IMG/VR virus record: IMGVR_UViG_3300042319_002138 | Span: 62,001 to 126,000 of that record | DNA: 64,000 bases | Direction: 5' to 3' (one strand) | Part shown: one piece after another, positions 1-9,476 of the stretch | Layout of the letters: each line of letters begins with the position of its first letter | How positions within the stretch are numbered: position 1 is the first letter of the stretch | Position numbers and translations under genes: made by a program | Notes under the pieces: generated by a model | Told to the model about the DNA's origin: nothing | Databases searched by the model: none | Seen by the model: the letters and a program-made list of their open reading frames with translations, nothing else

Positions 1-1480
1 CCCCAACAAAATCTCTTTTTGGTGATACGTCTGGTAAAGCTAAATTATTTTCATAAGACCATGCCATCATTAAAGTTTTCCACATTGTTGCGGTACCCAT
101 TGTAATTGAACGAACAAAGTTAGTCGGAACTAAAGCTGCGGTTAAGAATCCTGCTTGTGCATAAATGTCATCAACTTGTTCAGTTTCCCAAAGGTCATCA
201 TGAAGATATTCTTTAATTAAAAATTGACCGTCAACTATATTCCAAGTGTCTTCATAGGCATCAATAATTTCACCTTCAATTTCTTTCGGGTTTGGTTTAT
301 TTCCGTCTAATGAATACCACTGACCACTAGTCGGGTTATAATGATATTTTTTATTTTCTTTCCAAATCTTACCTAATTGAGCTCCATCAATATAAACACG
401 GTTGGGTCTTTCGATATTAGCCTCCTTAGCAATATATTTCAAACCACCTTCTTGTAAATTTGAATTTAAAGCCATCGCCTGTCTAACTCTGTGGTAAGTG
501 TCCATCACATTATAACCCCATAGTTGGGTTTGTTCATATTCCTCAGTTTCAGCACCCAATTTTAAACTAGCTTTTTTTCTAGATGCTTTAATCATTGGAT
601 GTTTTGTTTTAATAATGTCGTCAGTATTTAAACCTAAAAGTTGAGCACGTCCAGGAATTAATGTTTTCTTAACTTCAATCTTTCTTGTTTTTGGGTGTGT
701 GTATTTTTGTTCTTCTGTTCTGCCTATAAGGTAAGTCCAGTCAAAGTTTTCTGAGTTGTAACCAATAATAACTGTTGGTTCTAGTTCATGTATAATTTCA
801 AAAAATTCTTTTAACATTTTTTTTTCACCCTCTTTAGTATACTCACCGTCATTGTCGTAAGCAGTTAAAAGTTTTTGGAACCCACGATTATCTTTAATCC
901 CAATCATAAAAGCATGCCCTTCTGCTGGGTCAAGACTTGTGGTCTCAATATCGAATGTTAATTTGTGAACTTCTGTGTAATCCTCATAACCTTTAAATAA
1001 TCTTTTACCTGTTTGAATCATGAATTGTTCTACAGGGGGTAAAATTTGTATTAATCTTTTATCTCTATCCCAAGGATTGATTCCACCTTTTTTAAAGAAA
1101 TTAATTAGGTCACGGTAAGTACCTGTTGTTTTAACCAAAAAACTAAAACCATCTTCAAGTCTTTCGTTATCATCAGTATTTAATTTTTGTGTACTTATAC
1201 CATATTTTTTGGCCTCACGTCTAATGACATCTAGGTCATCACCGTAAAAACCACTTCCTCTTAATGATTTGGTCCAACAAAAAGGTGTAAATTTTTGGAC
1301 TTTAATTTTTTTACCCTTATTAGGGTCATCGATAATTAAATAAACTTTGTTGGTTTCGTCAATTGACCAATCGTCTGTTTGGTCTAATTCAATTGAGACA
1401 ATATATTTTTCAGGGTCATGTCCTTCTAAAAATAATTTAATGTCTTCAGGGGTTGCCTGTTTGATTTTTTCTTTTTTCAT
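1..1480 (-). CDS. Family B DNA polymerase, N-terminal and 3'-5' exonuclease part (runs off the window start)
   Basis: Not in the ORF track. Hand translation from ATG at 1480 gives MKKEKIKQATPEDIKLFLEG…, with ExoI FDIETT (~945), ExoII IIGYNSENFDW (~750) and ExoIII-like YLHDDLWE (~195). Confidence 0.85.
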   Translation of the reverse strand, partial: MKKEKIKQATPEDIKLFLEGHDPEKYIVSIELDQTDDWSIDETNKVYLIIDDPNKGKKIKVQKFTPFCWTKSLRGSGFYGDDLDVIRREAKKYGISTQKLNTDDNERLEDGFSFLVKTTGTYRDLINFFKKGGINPWDRDKRLIQILPPVEQFMIQTGKRLFKGYEDYTEVHKLTFDIETTSLDPAEGHAFMIGIKDNRGFQKLLTAYDNDGEYTKEGEKKMLKEFFEIIHELEPTVIIGYNSENFDWTYLIGRTEEQKYTHPKTRKIEVKKTLIPGRAQLLGLNTDDIIKTKHPMIKASRKKASLKLGAETEEYEQTQLWGYNVMDTYHRVRQAMALNSNLQEGGLKYIAKEANIERPNRVYIDGAQLGKIWKENKKYHYNPTSGQWYSLDGNKPNPKEIEGEIIDAYEDTWNIVDGQFLIKEYLHDDLWETEQVDDIYAQAGFLTAALVPTNFVRSITMGTATMWKTLMMAWSYENNLALPDVSPKRDFVG

Positions 1481-1586
1481 AAACTTTTTTGATTTTTGGT
1501 ACGGGGTAAATCTTAACCTCTCGTTATTTTATTAATTATACTACATTTATAAATAAAAACAAATATATTTATGATAAAAATAAGTT

Positions 1587-2366
1587 ATGTTTTTAAATAA
1601 AATAAATGTAAATAAATTAGATAATATAAAATATTTTGTTTTTTGTAGTGGAAAAACAGGGTCTAGAACTTTATTTGGTGGTATGAAAAATAAGTTTGGT
1701 TCTAACTCTGTCATACATTTACACAGTACGGCTCATTTTAAAGGTGGTCACCCAAGACACGGTGATGTAAAAAAATTAATTACTGACAGCTCAAAAAAAT
1801 TTGATAAAATCTATATTATAGATTCTTACAGGGAACCTTTTGAAAGGGGTATTTCCTCTTTTTTTCAGAACATAGACAAACATTGTCCTAATTGGCGCTC
1901 AATGTCAGTTGACGAGATTATCATTTTTTTTAATGAAAATAAATTATACCTTTTGGATATATATCATTCTTATCACGAATCGTGGGGTTATTTTAACATC
2001 CCTGTTGACGTAAGCTTTGATTTTGAAAAAGGTTATATTATTAGGGAACATGAAAATATGGTTTTTGTTAAAACCAGATTAAAAGAATCTCACAGATGGA
2101 ATCAGATATTTTCGGAAGTATTTGGGTCAGATATTAACTTTAATTATGAAAATGATTCTAGTGACAAAGATTATTTTACACTATATTCCGAATTTAAACA
2201 AAAATATAAATTACCACAAGAAATTAAAAATAATTTTTTATCTATTTTAAAGTCTGATTTAAATGACTTAAATAGAACTACCCCTTTTTATTTGACTTGG
2301 TCTGAGATGAAAAAGTTTATGACTAAAACAGAGATAAGTAATTACTTAAAAAAGTGGATTTATTAA
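1587..2366 (+). CDS. Sulfotransferase-fold protein (capsular polysaccharide synthesis / NKWYS-like)
   Basis: 5'-PSB-like GKTGSRT and 3'-PB-like YREPFERGISSFFQN; next to cysC. Confidence 0.6.
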   Translation: MFLNKINVNKLDNIKYFVFCSGKTGSRTLFGGMKNKFGSNSVIHLHSTAHFKGGHPRHGDVKKLITDSSKKFDKIYIIDSYREPFERGISSFFQNIDKHCPNWRSMSVDEIIIFFNENKLYLLDIYHSYHESWGYFNIPVDVSFDFEKGYIIREHENMVFVKTRLKESHRWNQIFSEVFGSDINFNYENDSSDKDYFTLYSEFKQKYKLPQEIKNNFLSILKSDLNDLNRTTPFYLTWSEMKKFMTKTEISNYLKKWIY

Positions 2367-2396
2367 AATTCATTATTAAATATTGGCATTATAAAA

Positions 2397-3260
2397 TTAT
2401 GTGTTTAAAATTATTTTTTTTAAGAATCCTTTAATACTTTCTTTTGAATACGAATTTTTTATTTTATCACCAATTAACCAAGGTTCTTTAAATTTTTTTA
2501 AATATTCCTCATTGTTATTATCCAAATAAATAATATATTCAATCATTTCGTTTTCATTTTTAAAATCATAATAATTTATAAAACTATTTGTGTTAAAGTC
2601 TTCATGTACTAATGGATTTCCCCAATATATAGGAATTGTATTTGCCAACATAGCGTTAGTTAATTTTTCAGAAGTATATCCTAGATATTCAACATTCTCA
2701 AAAGCTAAGGAAAATTTGTATTTTTTTTGGAAATCTAACTTATCAATAACACCTTCATTACCTATGTTATTGAGGAATCTACCACCTGAGTCGACTTTTT
2801 TATATTTACTTAATTTAAGAAAAAAATCATTTCTAAAAGAACATAATGGGTTAGATACAACAAAATTACAAAAATCCCTATTACACGAATCATCAATAAT
2901 ATTTTTATTTTCTAATTGGTAATAACTGTCACCCCATATAACATATAATGGTAACCTAAAATGATTATCACGTTCAATCCAATCATAACTCATCGAATAA
3001 TCACATTCATTATAGTTTGGGTGAACTGGTTCTCCAGAATAAAAAATTTTCTTACAATTATAATCTCTGTGTTTGACACCTCTTTTGTTATTAAAATAAC
3101 AACCGTTTTCATCAAAAACTGAAAAAAATAAAATGTCTGGATTTTCACTTATTGTAACATCAAAATCTTCTTTTAGTAAATTAAAAAATGGATTATTTAA
3201 TTTATCAAATCCTGACCAAAAATCAGAAAAATTTATTTTTAATTTATTGGAATTTGTCAT
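2397..3260 (-). CDS. GT10 alpha-1,3-fucosyltransferase-like glycosyltransferase
   Basis: YKFSLAFEN…YTSEKLTNAMLANTIPIYWG fucosyltransferase motif; FCNFVVSN; VDSGGR. Confidence 0.85.
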   Translation of the reverse strand: MTNSNKLKINFSDFWSGFDKLNNPFFNLLKEDFDVTISENPDILFFSVFDENGCYFNNKRGVKHRDYNCKKIFYSGEPVHPNYNECDYSMSYDWIERDNHFRLPLYVIWGDSYYQLENKNIIDDSCNRDFCNFVVSNPLCSFRNDFFLKLSKYKKVDSGGRFLNNIGNEGVIDKLDFQKKYKFSLAFENVEYLGYTSEKLTNAMLANTIPIYWGNPLVHEDFNTNSFINYYDFKNENEMIEYIIYLDNNNEEYLKKFKEPWLIGDKIKNSYSKESIKGFLKKIILNT

Positions 3261-4953
3261 TTAAATACGTTTTTATTTCATTTTCAAAATATTTAGAGTT
3301 ACCATTTATTCCATGACTTTTAACTAAATATCTAGATAATGATTCATCTATGAATCCTATTTTTTTATTATTGTAACCCAACCTTAACCAAAGTTCCCAA
3401 TCGTCTAAACAATCGCCTAGTTCAAGAATTTTATTGTCATAACACCCTAATTCTATTAAAGTTTTTTTATTAAACATTGCCATAGCATCTATATAGTTAT
3501 TTTTTTTTAAATCATGGTAATTAAATACTTTGTTAGATATATGATATATAAAATTATTTAATTCATCAAAACAATCTATTTTAGAATAAACAGCATCTAA
3601 ATCGTTTGATTTTAAATAATTTAGGTGTTTGATTAGGCAATCTTCATATATCTCATTATCAGCATCTAACATAAAAACATAATCACCTAATGATTCTCTT
3701 ATCGCTATATTTCTAGTATCTACTGTACCAGTATTTTTTTCTTTCTTTATTATAGTAAGGTTTATATCTTTGTTTAAAAAATTTATTATTTTTTTTAATG
3801 AATTGTCCGATGAATTATCATCAATAACTAAAACCTCAATATTTTTTAATTTATTTTTAATTACGGATTTTATTGATTTCTCAATGTATTTCTCATAGTT
3901 ATATGAAGTTATTATTACAGTTATTTCTGACTTTGTTAAATTATGATTTTTTATTATCTCATATTTATTTGTTAACAAGGATATATTTTTAATTTTTTTA
4001 GAAATTAATAATTTTTTTTCATATTTTTTTATAAAAAACTCACCATCAACAAAGTTATAAATTTTATGAAATCCAAATGGGTCGTCATAAAAATTTAAAT
4101 TATCTTTAAAATTGTATGAAGGTTCTATACTAAATTTTTTGGTGTCACCCATATCTTTATAGTAAAGATGGTTATATATTGAATAATAAACATCTTCTGG
4201 TATTTTTTCTAAGTCGTCAAATCCATTGGTAATTATTTTTTTAAAATTTTTATCGTTTAGTGCTTTTTTTATTAAACTAATACTTCTTAGTGATAACCCA
4301 CCGTTTCCTTGTGTCATATTAATAAATGTAATATTTGTTATCATTTTTTGAATTCCTTTAGTATGGTCCAATCCCCAGTTAGCCCCTAAATAGTCAAATT
4401 CTAAAAAGTAATCATCAAAATTTTTATAAATAAAAGTATCTGTTTGGTAAATTAAAACTTTTTCACAATCAATCTCATCCCAAAAGTTAATATCTAGTAA
4501 TAAGTTGTTATAATCGTTTCTATTTAATTCTCTTTTAATTAATCTAATTTCTATTTCTAAACTAATTTGGTTACAAATAGATTTAATTTGTTTGTAATTA
4601 TTTTGGTGACAATAAATAATGTGACCCCAACCGTCACCCAATTTTTGAATGGTGTTTTTTATAACAAATTCATTATGGTCTAAATTTCTGGTTTCAATTA
4701 TTAATGATTTCTTTTTTGATGATTTATCTATTTTTGGAAATTCTTTTGGTAGATGATTTGTTATATTTTTACAAATTTCTATGAATTTGGTAAAATCTAT
4801 TTTATTGCCATAAATAATTCTATTCTCAAATTGTCCATGATTTAAATAATGTGTATTAGCATCATTTTTTGTTTTAAGACCAGCGTTTCTTAAATCTTCA
4901 TAATACCCCAAATAGAATTCCCAATCAAAATCTTCAGGTAATTTATTTTTCAT
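3244..4953 (-). CDS. Multidomain glycosyltransferase (FDWEFY…HY N-terminal module, DUF5672-like GT, GT2)
   Basis: FDWEFYLGYYEDL…HYLNHG; LIYQTD, GNGGLSLRS, PEDVYY, PFGFHK; C-terminal GT2 with IITSYN, IDDNSSD, MLDAD, DDWELW. Confidence 0.75.
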   Translation of the reverse strand: MKNKLPEDFDWEFYLGYYEDLRNAGLKTKNDANTHYLNHGQFENRIIYGNKIDFTKFIEICKNITNHLPKEFPKIDKSSKKKSLIIETRNLDHNEFVIKNTIQKLGDGWGHIIYCHQNNYKQIKSICNQISLEIEIRLIKRELNRNDYNNLLLDINFWDEIDCEKVLIYQTDTFIYKNFDDYFLEFDYLGANWGLDHTKGIQKMITNITFINMTQGNGGLSLRSISLIKKALNDKNFKKIITNGFDDLEKIPEDVYYSIYNHLYYKDMGDTKKFSIEPSYNFKDNLNFYDDPFGFHKIYNFVDGEFFIKKYEKKLLISKKIKNISLLTNKYEIIKNHNLTKSEITVIITSYNYEKYIEKSIKSVIKNKLKNIEVLVIDDNSSDNSLKKIINFLNKDINLTIIKKEKNTGTVDTRNIAIRESLGDYVFMLDADNEIYEDCLIKHLNYLKSNDLDAVYSKIDCFDELNNFIYHISNKVFNYHDLKKNNYIDAMAMFNKKTLIELGCYDNKILELGDCLDDWELWLRLGYNNKKIGFIDESLSRYLVKSHGINGNSKYFENEIKTYLNDKFQ

Positions 4954-5410
4954 TTGTTTTATTTTTAATATCTTTTTTAATTCTTATATATTTATACCAC
5001 AATCTTTCATGACCAAAATATATAAATGGCTTCATAATAAGTTCACCAACACCAAGCAATGTCGAAACCTCAATTGTCGCACCTAACGAATATGCAACGA
5101 CAACTGTAGTTAAGGTTCCTAAAAATCTATAACTAACTGTTTTTAAAATATGTCTAATTAAAACAGATTCTTCTTTTATAGTTTTTATATATGCGACATT
5201 ATTTTCGACACTACAATAACCAACACAACTAACATGCCATTTATAATCATTAATTTCCGGTAACCAATCTTTAGTTGTTTGAGTGTGTCCATCAATAATG
5301 ATGTCTGAAACTAATGTCTCGTTACCGTTTTCAATTAATCTCCATCTTCCATCATCAGTTTTTGAATCTGTGTTAAATCTGATTTGATAAGTTTTACTTT
5401 GTATTTGCAT
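4943..5410 (-). CDS. Hypothetical protein with C-terminal DUF2061-like membrane domain
   Basis: RHILKTVSYRFLGTLTT…YFGHERLW pattern with a hydrophobic segment. Confidence 0.6.
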   Translation of the reverse strand: MQIQSKTYQIRFNTDSKTDDGRWRLIENGNETLVSDIIIDGHTQTTKDWLPEINDYKWHVSCVGYCSVENNVAYIKTIKEESVLIRHILKTVSYRFLGTLTTVVVAYSLGATIEVSTLLGVGELIMKPFIYFGHERLWYKYIRIKKDIKNKTNEK

Positions 5411-5858
5411 ATGTTAAAAAATTAATTATATAATCTTGTATCGATTCGTCCACCATATCCTTCCATTTGTCGTCTCCTTTAGCGATTGAGTTTCTTATTC
5501 CTGTTGCAGATATGAATCCGATATTATCTGGCGGTGTAAATTCATTTATTTCATACCCAACACCTCTACCGTAATTAACGGATTCAATATCAGGAATAAT
5601 GATAACTTTAACATCATCACCTTTTGAGTTATGATATTCTTCAATCATCTTTACCGTTTGTTTAGTGGTAAATGGATTTTTATCATCAGGTTCAATATCC
5701 CTAACCATTATTAAAGCTGGTATTCCCTCATTTAACTTTTGTTGTATTAGGTTAACATGTCCGTAGTGGTATGGTTGATATCGACCTATAAAAATAGCGT
5801 ATTTTTTATCTTTATTTGTGGTGGGTTGTCCACCGTGGTTTTTCTTTTCCCAACTCAT
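5394..5858 (-). CDS. HxGH nucleotidyltransferase (cytidylyltransferase-like)
   Basis: GRYQPYHYGH, NPF and ISATGIR motifs. Confidence 0.8.
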   Translation of the reverse strand: MSWEKKNHGGQPTTNKDKKYAIFIGRYQPYHYGHVNLIQQKLNEGIPALIMVRDIEPDDKNPFTTKQTVKMIEEYHNSKGDDVKVIIIPDIESVNYGRGVGYEINEFTPPDNIGFISATGIRNSIAKGDDKWKDMVDESIQDYIINFLTYANTK

Positions 5859-5862
5859 AGTT

Positions 5863-6828
5863 TTATTTTTTTATTTTAGGGTGTAATTGTAATTCATTTA
5901 AACACTTTTCCCAATTTTCAAACAACATACCTCTATCATCGATATAGACAGTTGCCGGGAATTTATGGTTAGAAACCTCAGTTATGTATTTAGATAAACC
6001 ATATTTTTCTAACCAAGGGTTGATAACCTCTTTTGGTCTTGATGAGAGAATTTTAAGGATATAACCCTCTTCATGTAATTTCTTAAGAGATTCTTCAGTA
6101 CCTTCCATGGGAGGGTCGTAAGCATTGCCTAAACCTTTAAATCCTTTAGAATATTTATGAATAACACCATCAAAATCAATTGCGATGGTATTTCTTTTAT
6201 CTAAGTTGTTTACTTCCTTCAAATTAGATTCAATGATACCTAAGTCTTTTAAGTCTACTATAATCACGTCAGTACATTGTTCTATCGACCATTTATCAGT
6301 GTCTAGTGTTCTAAATGGTTTAATTGGTTCTTCGTATGGTGAGTCTATTCCAGTAAATTGTTTAATTTCACCTGCTCTCGCTTTTTTATATAACCCTTTA
6401 GGGTCACGTTGTTCACAAATATCTAAATCTGCTTTTACATAAACCTCTAAAAAGTTATCTCTACCAATAATATCTTTTGCTTTTTCTCTTTCTTCTCTAA
6501 ATGGTGAAATAAATGCTGTAATAACAATTACACCAGAATCAGATAAAAGTTTAGCTACCTCAGCAATTCTCCTAATATTTTCTTTTCTGTCATCATCAGA
6601 AAAACCTAAATCTTTGTTAAGGCCCATTCTAATATTATCACCATCTAAGATATAAGCTAATTTACCTTCTTTTTGGAGTCTAAGTGCTAATTCATTTGCT
6701 ATTGTTGATTTACCTGACGCTGATAACCCAGTTAACCAAATAACTGGCGATTTTTGTTTAATAAGTTTTTGCCTATCTTCTTTTGTTACCACATGTTTGT
6801 GTTCTATTAAATTTGTATTCATTTTCAT
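5863..6828 (-). CDS. cysC: Adenylyl-sulfate (APS) kinase fused to a C-terminal HAD-like domain
   Basis: WLTGLSASGKST P-loop, LDGDNIR, RDPKGLY, FTGIDSPYE; C-terminal IAIDFDGVIH…SSR…YIDDRG. Confidence 0.9.
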   Translation of the reverse strand: MKMNTNLIEHKHVVTKEDRQKLIKQKSPVIWLTGLSASGKSTIANELALRLQKEGKLAYILDGDNIRMGLNKDLGFSDDDRKENIRRIAEVAKLLSDSGVIVITAFISPFREEREKAKDIIGRDNFLEVYVKADLDICEQRDPKGLYKKARAGEIKQFTGIDSPYEEPIKPFRTLDTDKWSIEQCTDVIIVDLKDLGIIESNLKEVNNLDKRNTIAIDFDGVIHKYSKGFKGLGNAYDPPMEGTEESLKKLHEEGYILKILSSRPKEVINPWLEKYGLSKYITEVSNHKFPATVYIDDRGMLFENWEKCLNELQLHPKIKK

Positions 6829-8399
6829 ATTTTAATAAATTTATCATTTTTATATATAAAAGTATTTATAACTTTAATCCATTTACTAACCAAATTTTTA
6901 TTTTCCAATATAAAAGGGTGAAGTGTTTCTTTAAAATCTTTTTTAGATTCATCTAAATATTTTTCATCATTTTTTCTGGTATAACTTTCTTTATGGTAAG
7001 CAACAGAATAACCATCGTTATAGTTTTTAAACCCATTAGATAATACTTTTATACCTAACTCAACGTCTTCAAAACAATTATTATAATTTTCATTAAAAAG
7101 TCCCATTTTAATAAATAAATCTTTATTTATTAATAGTAATGCGGCTGTATTACAAAAAACTTCTCTAACAGTGTTATTAAAATTATAGTAGTTATTTAAT
7201 TTTTCGTGGGTTAGATTTATGGATGGATAAAGTTCTTCAAAATTGTTAGCATTTAAAACTTTATCGGAATGAACTATAACTCCATTATGTTGTATGGTGT
7301 TATTTGGGTAATGTAACCTACACCCAACAGAACCACAATCTTTATTTGTTAAAAAAACGTTTAACATAGAACTAAGAACATCATTTTTGATTTCAATATC
7401 ATTATTACAAAATAATAAAAAATCGTGACCGTTACCTACATAGTTTTTAACAACATCGTTATTTATTTTAGCGAAATTATAATAATCATACTCAATTATT
7501 TTTAAATTCTTATAATCTTCAAAACTAATTTTTATTTGGTCCAATTCTTCTTTTGTAGACCCAGTATCAGCAATAAAAATACTAAATATGTCATGGTCAC
7601 AATTACTGTAAAATGAATTAACACAATTTATTAAAAGTTCTAAATTTCCTTTTGTTGGTATTATTATTGCTACTTTTTTTAATTTTTTAAAATTTTTTCT
7701 TTTTATTTTTTCGTAAAATATATTTTTAGGTTTTAAATCTAATGGTAAATATTTTTTATATTTTTCTAAAAAAATTTCTTTTATTTTAAAAAATTCTTCA
7801 TTAGGTTTACCCTCTGAATTGTGTGTAATGTCGAAAGAAAATGTAACACCTAATTTTACACCCTCAATAAAATTACTAACACAAAAAGAATGGTCATAAA
7901 AATGAAACCCATTTATATCCTCGTCAAATAGTTTTTTAATTTTATTTTTATCAACAGAAATAAAGAGTCCATCTAGGGTGACTACTTCAATTAAATCATT
8001 AAATTTAGGTGAGTATTTGGTTAACGTTTTTTTGTTATTATTTCTGTGGTAAACTTGTCCCACCATAGTTTGGTCCCTTTTGCTCCAAAAAATACCTGAT
8101 TCAGACATGAAACAAGAACCGGCTTTACCTATAACACCAAACTCAGGATTTTTTAAAAAATCATTTAACAATTTTACACCCCAATTCTGTGATAAAAAAA
8201 TATCATCATGACAAAAAACTAGAATATCGTATTTAGATTCTTTTAATCCTCTATTGTAAATTTCTGATAAGGAAAACTCATTTTGATTATTATATAATAA
8301 TATTTCATATTCCTTTAAACCAATAGTTTTTTTTATGTGATTTTTAAACTTATCAACACATAAATTGTCTTTATTAGAAGAAACAATAACACTAATCAT
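6825..8399 (-). CDS. Two-domain GT2-family glycosyltransferase
   Basis: FCHDD, TLDGLF, FHFYD in domain 1; IIPTK, ADTGS, CNND, FEDVEL in domain 2. Confidence 0.8.
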   Translation of the reverse strand: MISVIVSSNKDNLCVDKFKNHIKKTIGLKEYEILLYNNQNEFSLSEIYNRGLKESKYDILVFCHDDIFLSQNWGVKLLNDFLKNPEFGVIGKAGSCFMSESGIFWSKRDQTMVGQVYHRNNNKKTLTKYSPKFNDLIEVVTLDGLFISVDKNKIKKLFDEDINGFHFYDHSFCVSNFIEGVKLGVTFSFDITHNSEGKPNEEFFKIKEIFLEKYKKYLPLDLKPKNIFYEKIKRKNFKKLKKVAIIIPTKGNLELLINCVNSFYSNCDHDIFSIFIADTGSTKEELDQIKISFEDYKNLKIIEYDYYNFAKINNDVVKNYVGNGHDFLLFCNNDIEIKNDVLSSMLNVFLTNKDCGSVGCRLHYPNNTIQHNGVIVHSDKVLNANNFEELYPSINLTHEKLNNYYNFNNTVREVFCNTAALLLINKDLFIKMGLFNENYNNCFEDVELGIKVLSNGFKNYNDGYSVAYHKESYTRKNDEKYLDESKKDFKETLHPFILENKNLVSKWIKVINTFIYKNDKFIKI

Positions 8400-8438
8400 T
8401 ATATAACTTTTTATAAATAAAACCTTATTTTTTAAAAT

Positions 8439-9476
8439 TTAAACCCTAGAAATTTTAAACATTTCAGATTCTCGTTCTCTTCTAGTTTTTAAACCTGGAT
8501 ATTCGTCAAACATATTACTTGAGATATTTTTTATCTCTTCTTTAGCTTCTTGGAACTCACTTCGTTTAACGTATTGAATAAATTTGCTTGTCCTTAAATT
8601 ACCCACACCATGATTATAGGTTATAGAAACCATAGCATCATACATACCTTGTGTAATTTCAGGTTCTATACCTTTTTTATTCCACCCATCTAATATATTA
8701 TTAACACCTTCAGAAGCTTTTAACATATCATCTTGTAATAATTGTTCAGCCTGTTCTCTAGTAATTCTTGTAATTTTTTTACCAGGGTTACGTTTATTGT
8801 AAGGTATAATATCTTCATGATTTGGTACAAAACTATAATCACCCCCCGTACTACCTCTTTCGGGGTTAGAAAAGACAGCGTGACCATAACCTGTGGTATA
8901 AGCACCATCACCTAAATTATAGAAATATAAAACAGGTTTACCACCAATACCCTCTTCTTTTTTCAAATGTTTAAATAATCTTTGGCTAGGTTTTCTAATT
9001 TTTTGTGTTTTAACTACAGGTGTTTCTTTTTTAAATGAAGGCATTTCAAATCTAATACCACTCTGATAATCATTGCCTTCAATGGTGTTGGTGATACTAG
9101 TTATTTGGTTTACGGTTAAAATACCTAAAAAAGATGCCAAAACATATTTTATTATTTTTTTCCTAAGTTGGTTGGGTAAAGATTTTATTTTTTTCAATAA
9201 AAGATTTAGATACCCAATAACATCTTCTTTTGTTTTAACCCATTTTTTAGATAAATCTAATTCTTTTTTAGTTTCTTGTGGAAAATCCCACACATACTCT
9301 GGACTAGTTTTGTCATTAGAAATAACGTCCCATTCAAATTCGGGGCTGAGAACATCTTTAACTTCATTTAATAATAAAAGTTTATGTAAAAATTTATCTA
9401 AATATTTATTAGATTCTTCTATTTTATTAGAACTTAGACTTTGGATTTCTTCTCTAATAATTTTTCTGATATTCAT
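8439..9476 (-). CDS. GH24 (T4-type) lysozyme with long N-terminal extension
   Basis: EEG…DGAYTTGYGH, YDAMVSITYNHGVG, RRERESEMF; N-terminal IRKIIREE leader and a hydrophobic stretch. Confidence 0.8.
   Translation of the reverse strand: MNIRKIIREEIQSLSSNKIEESNKYLDKFLHKLLLLNEVKDVLSPEFEWDVISNDKTSPEYVWDFPQETKKELDLSKKWVKTKEDVIGYLNLLLKKIKSLPNQLRKKIIKYVLASFLGILTVNQITSITNTIEGNDYQSGIRFEMPSFKKETPVVKTQKIRKPSQRLFKHLKKEEGIGGKPVLYFYNLGDGAYTTGYGHAVFSNPERGSTGGDYSFVPNHEDIIPYNKRNPGKKITRITREQAEQLLQDDMLKASEGVNNILDGWNKKGIEPEITQGMYDAMVSITYNHGVGNLRTSKFIQYVKRSEFQEAKEEIKNISSNMFDEYPGLKTRRERESEMFKISRV

Noticed and set aside
1347-1535. 62-aa plus-strand ORF
   Set aside because: Antisense to the DNA polymerase start.
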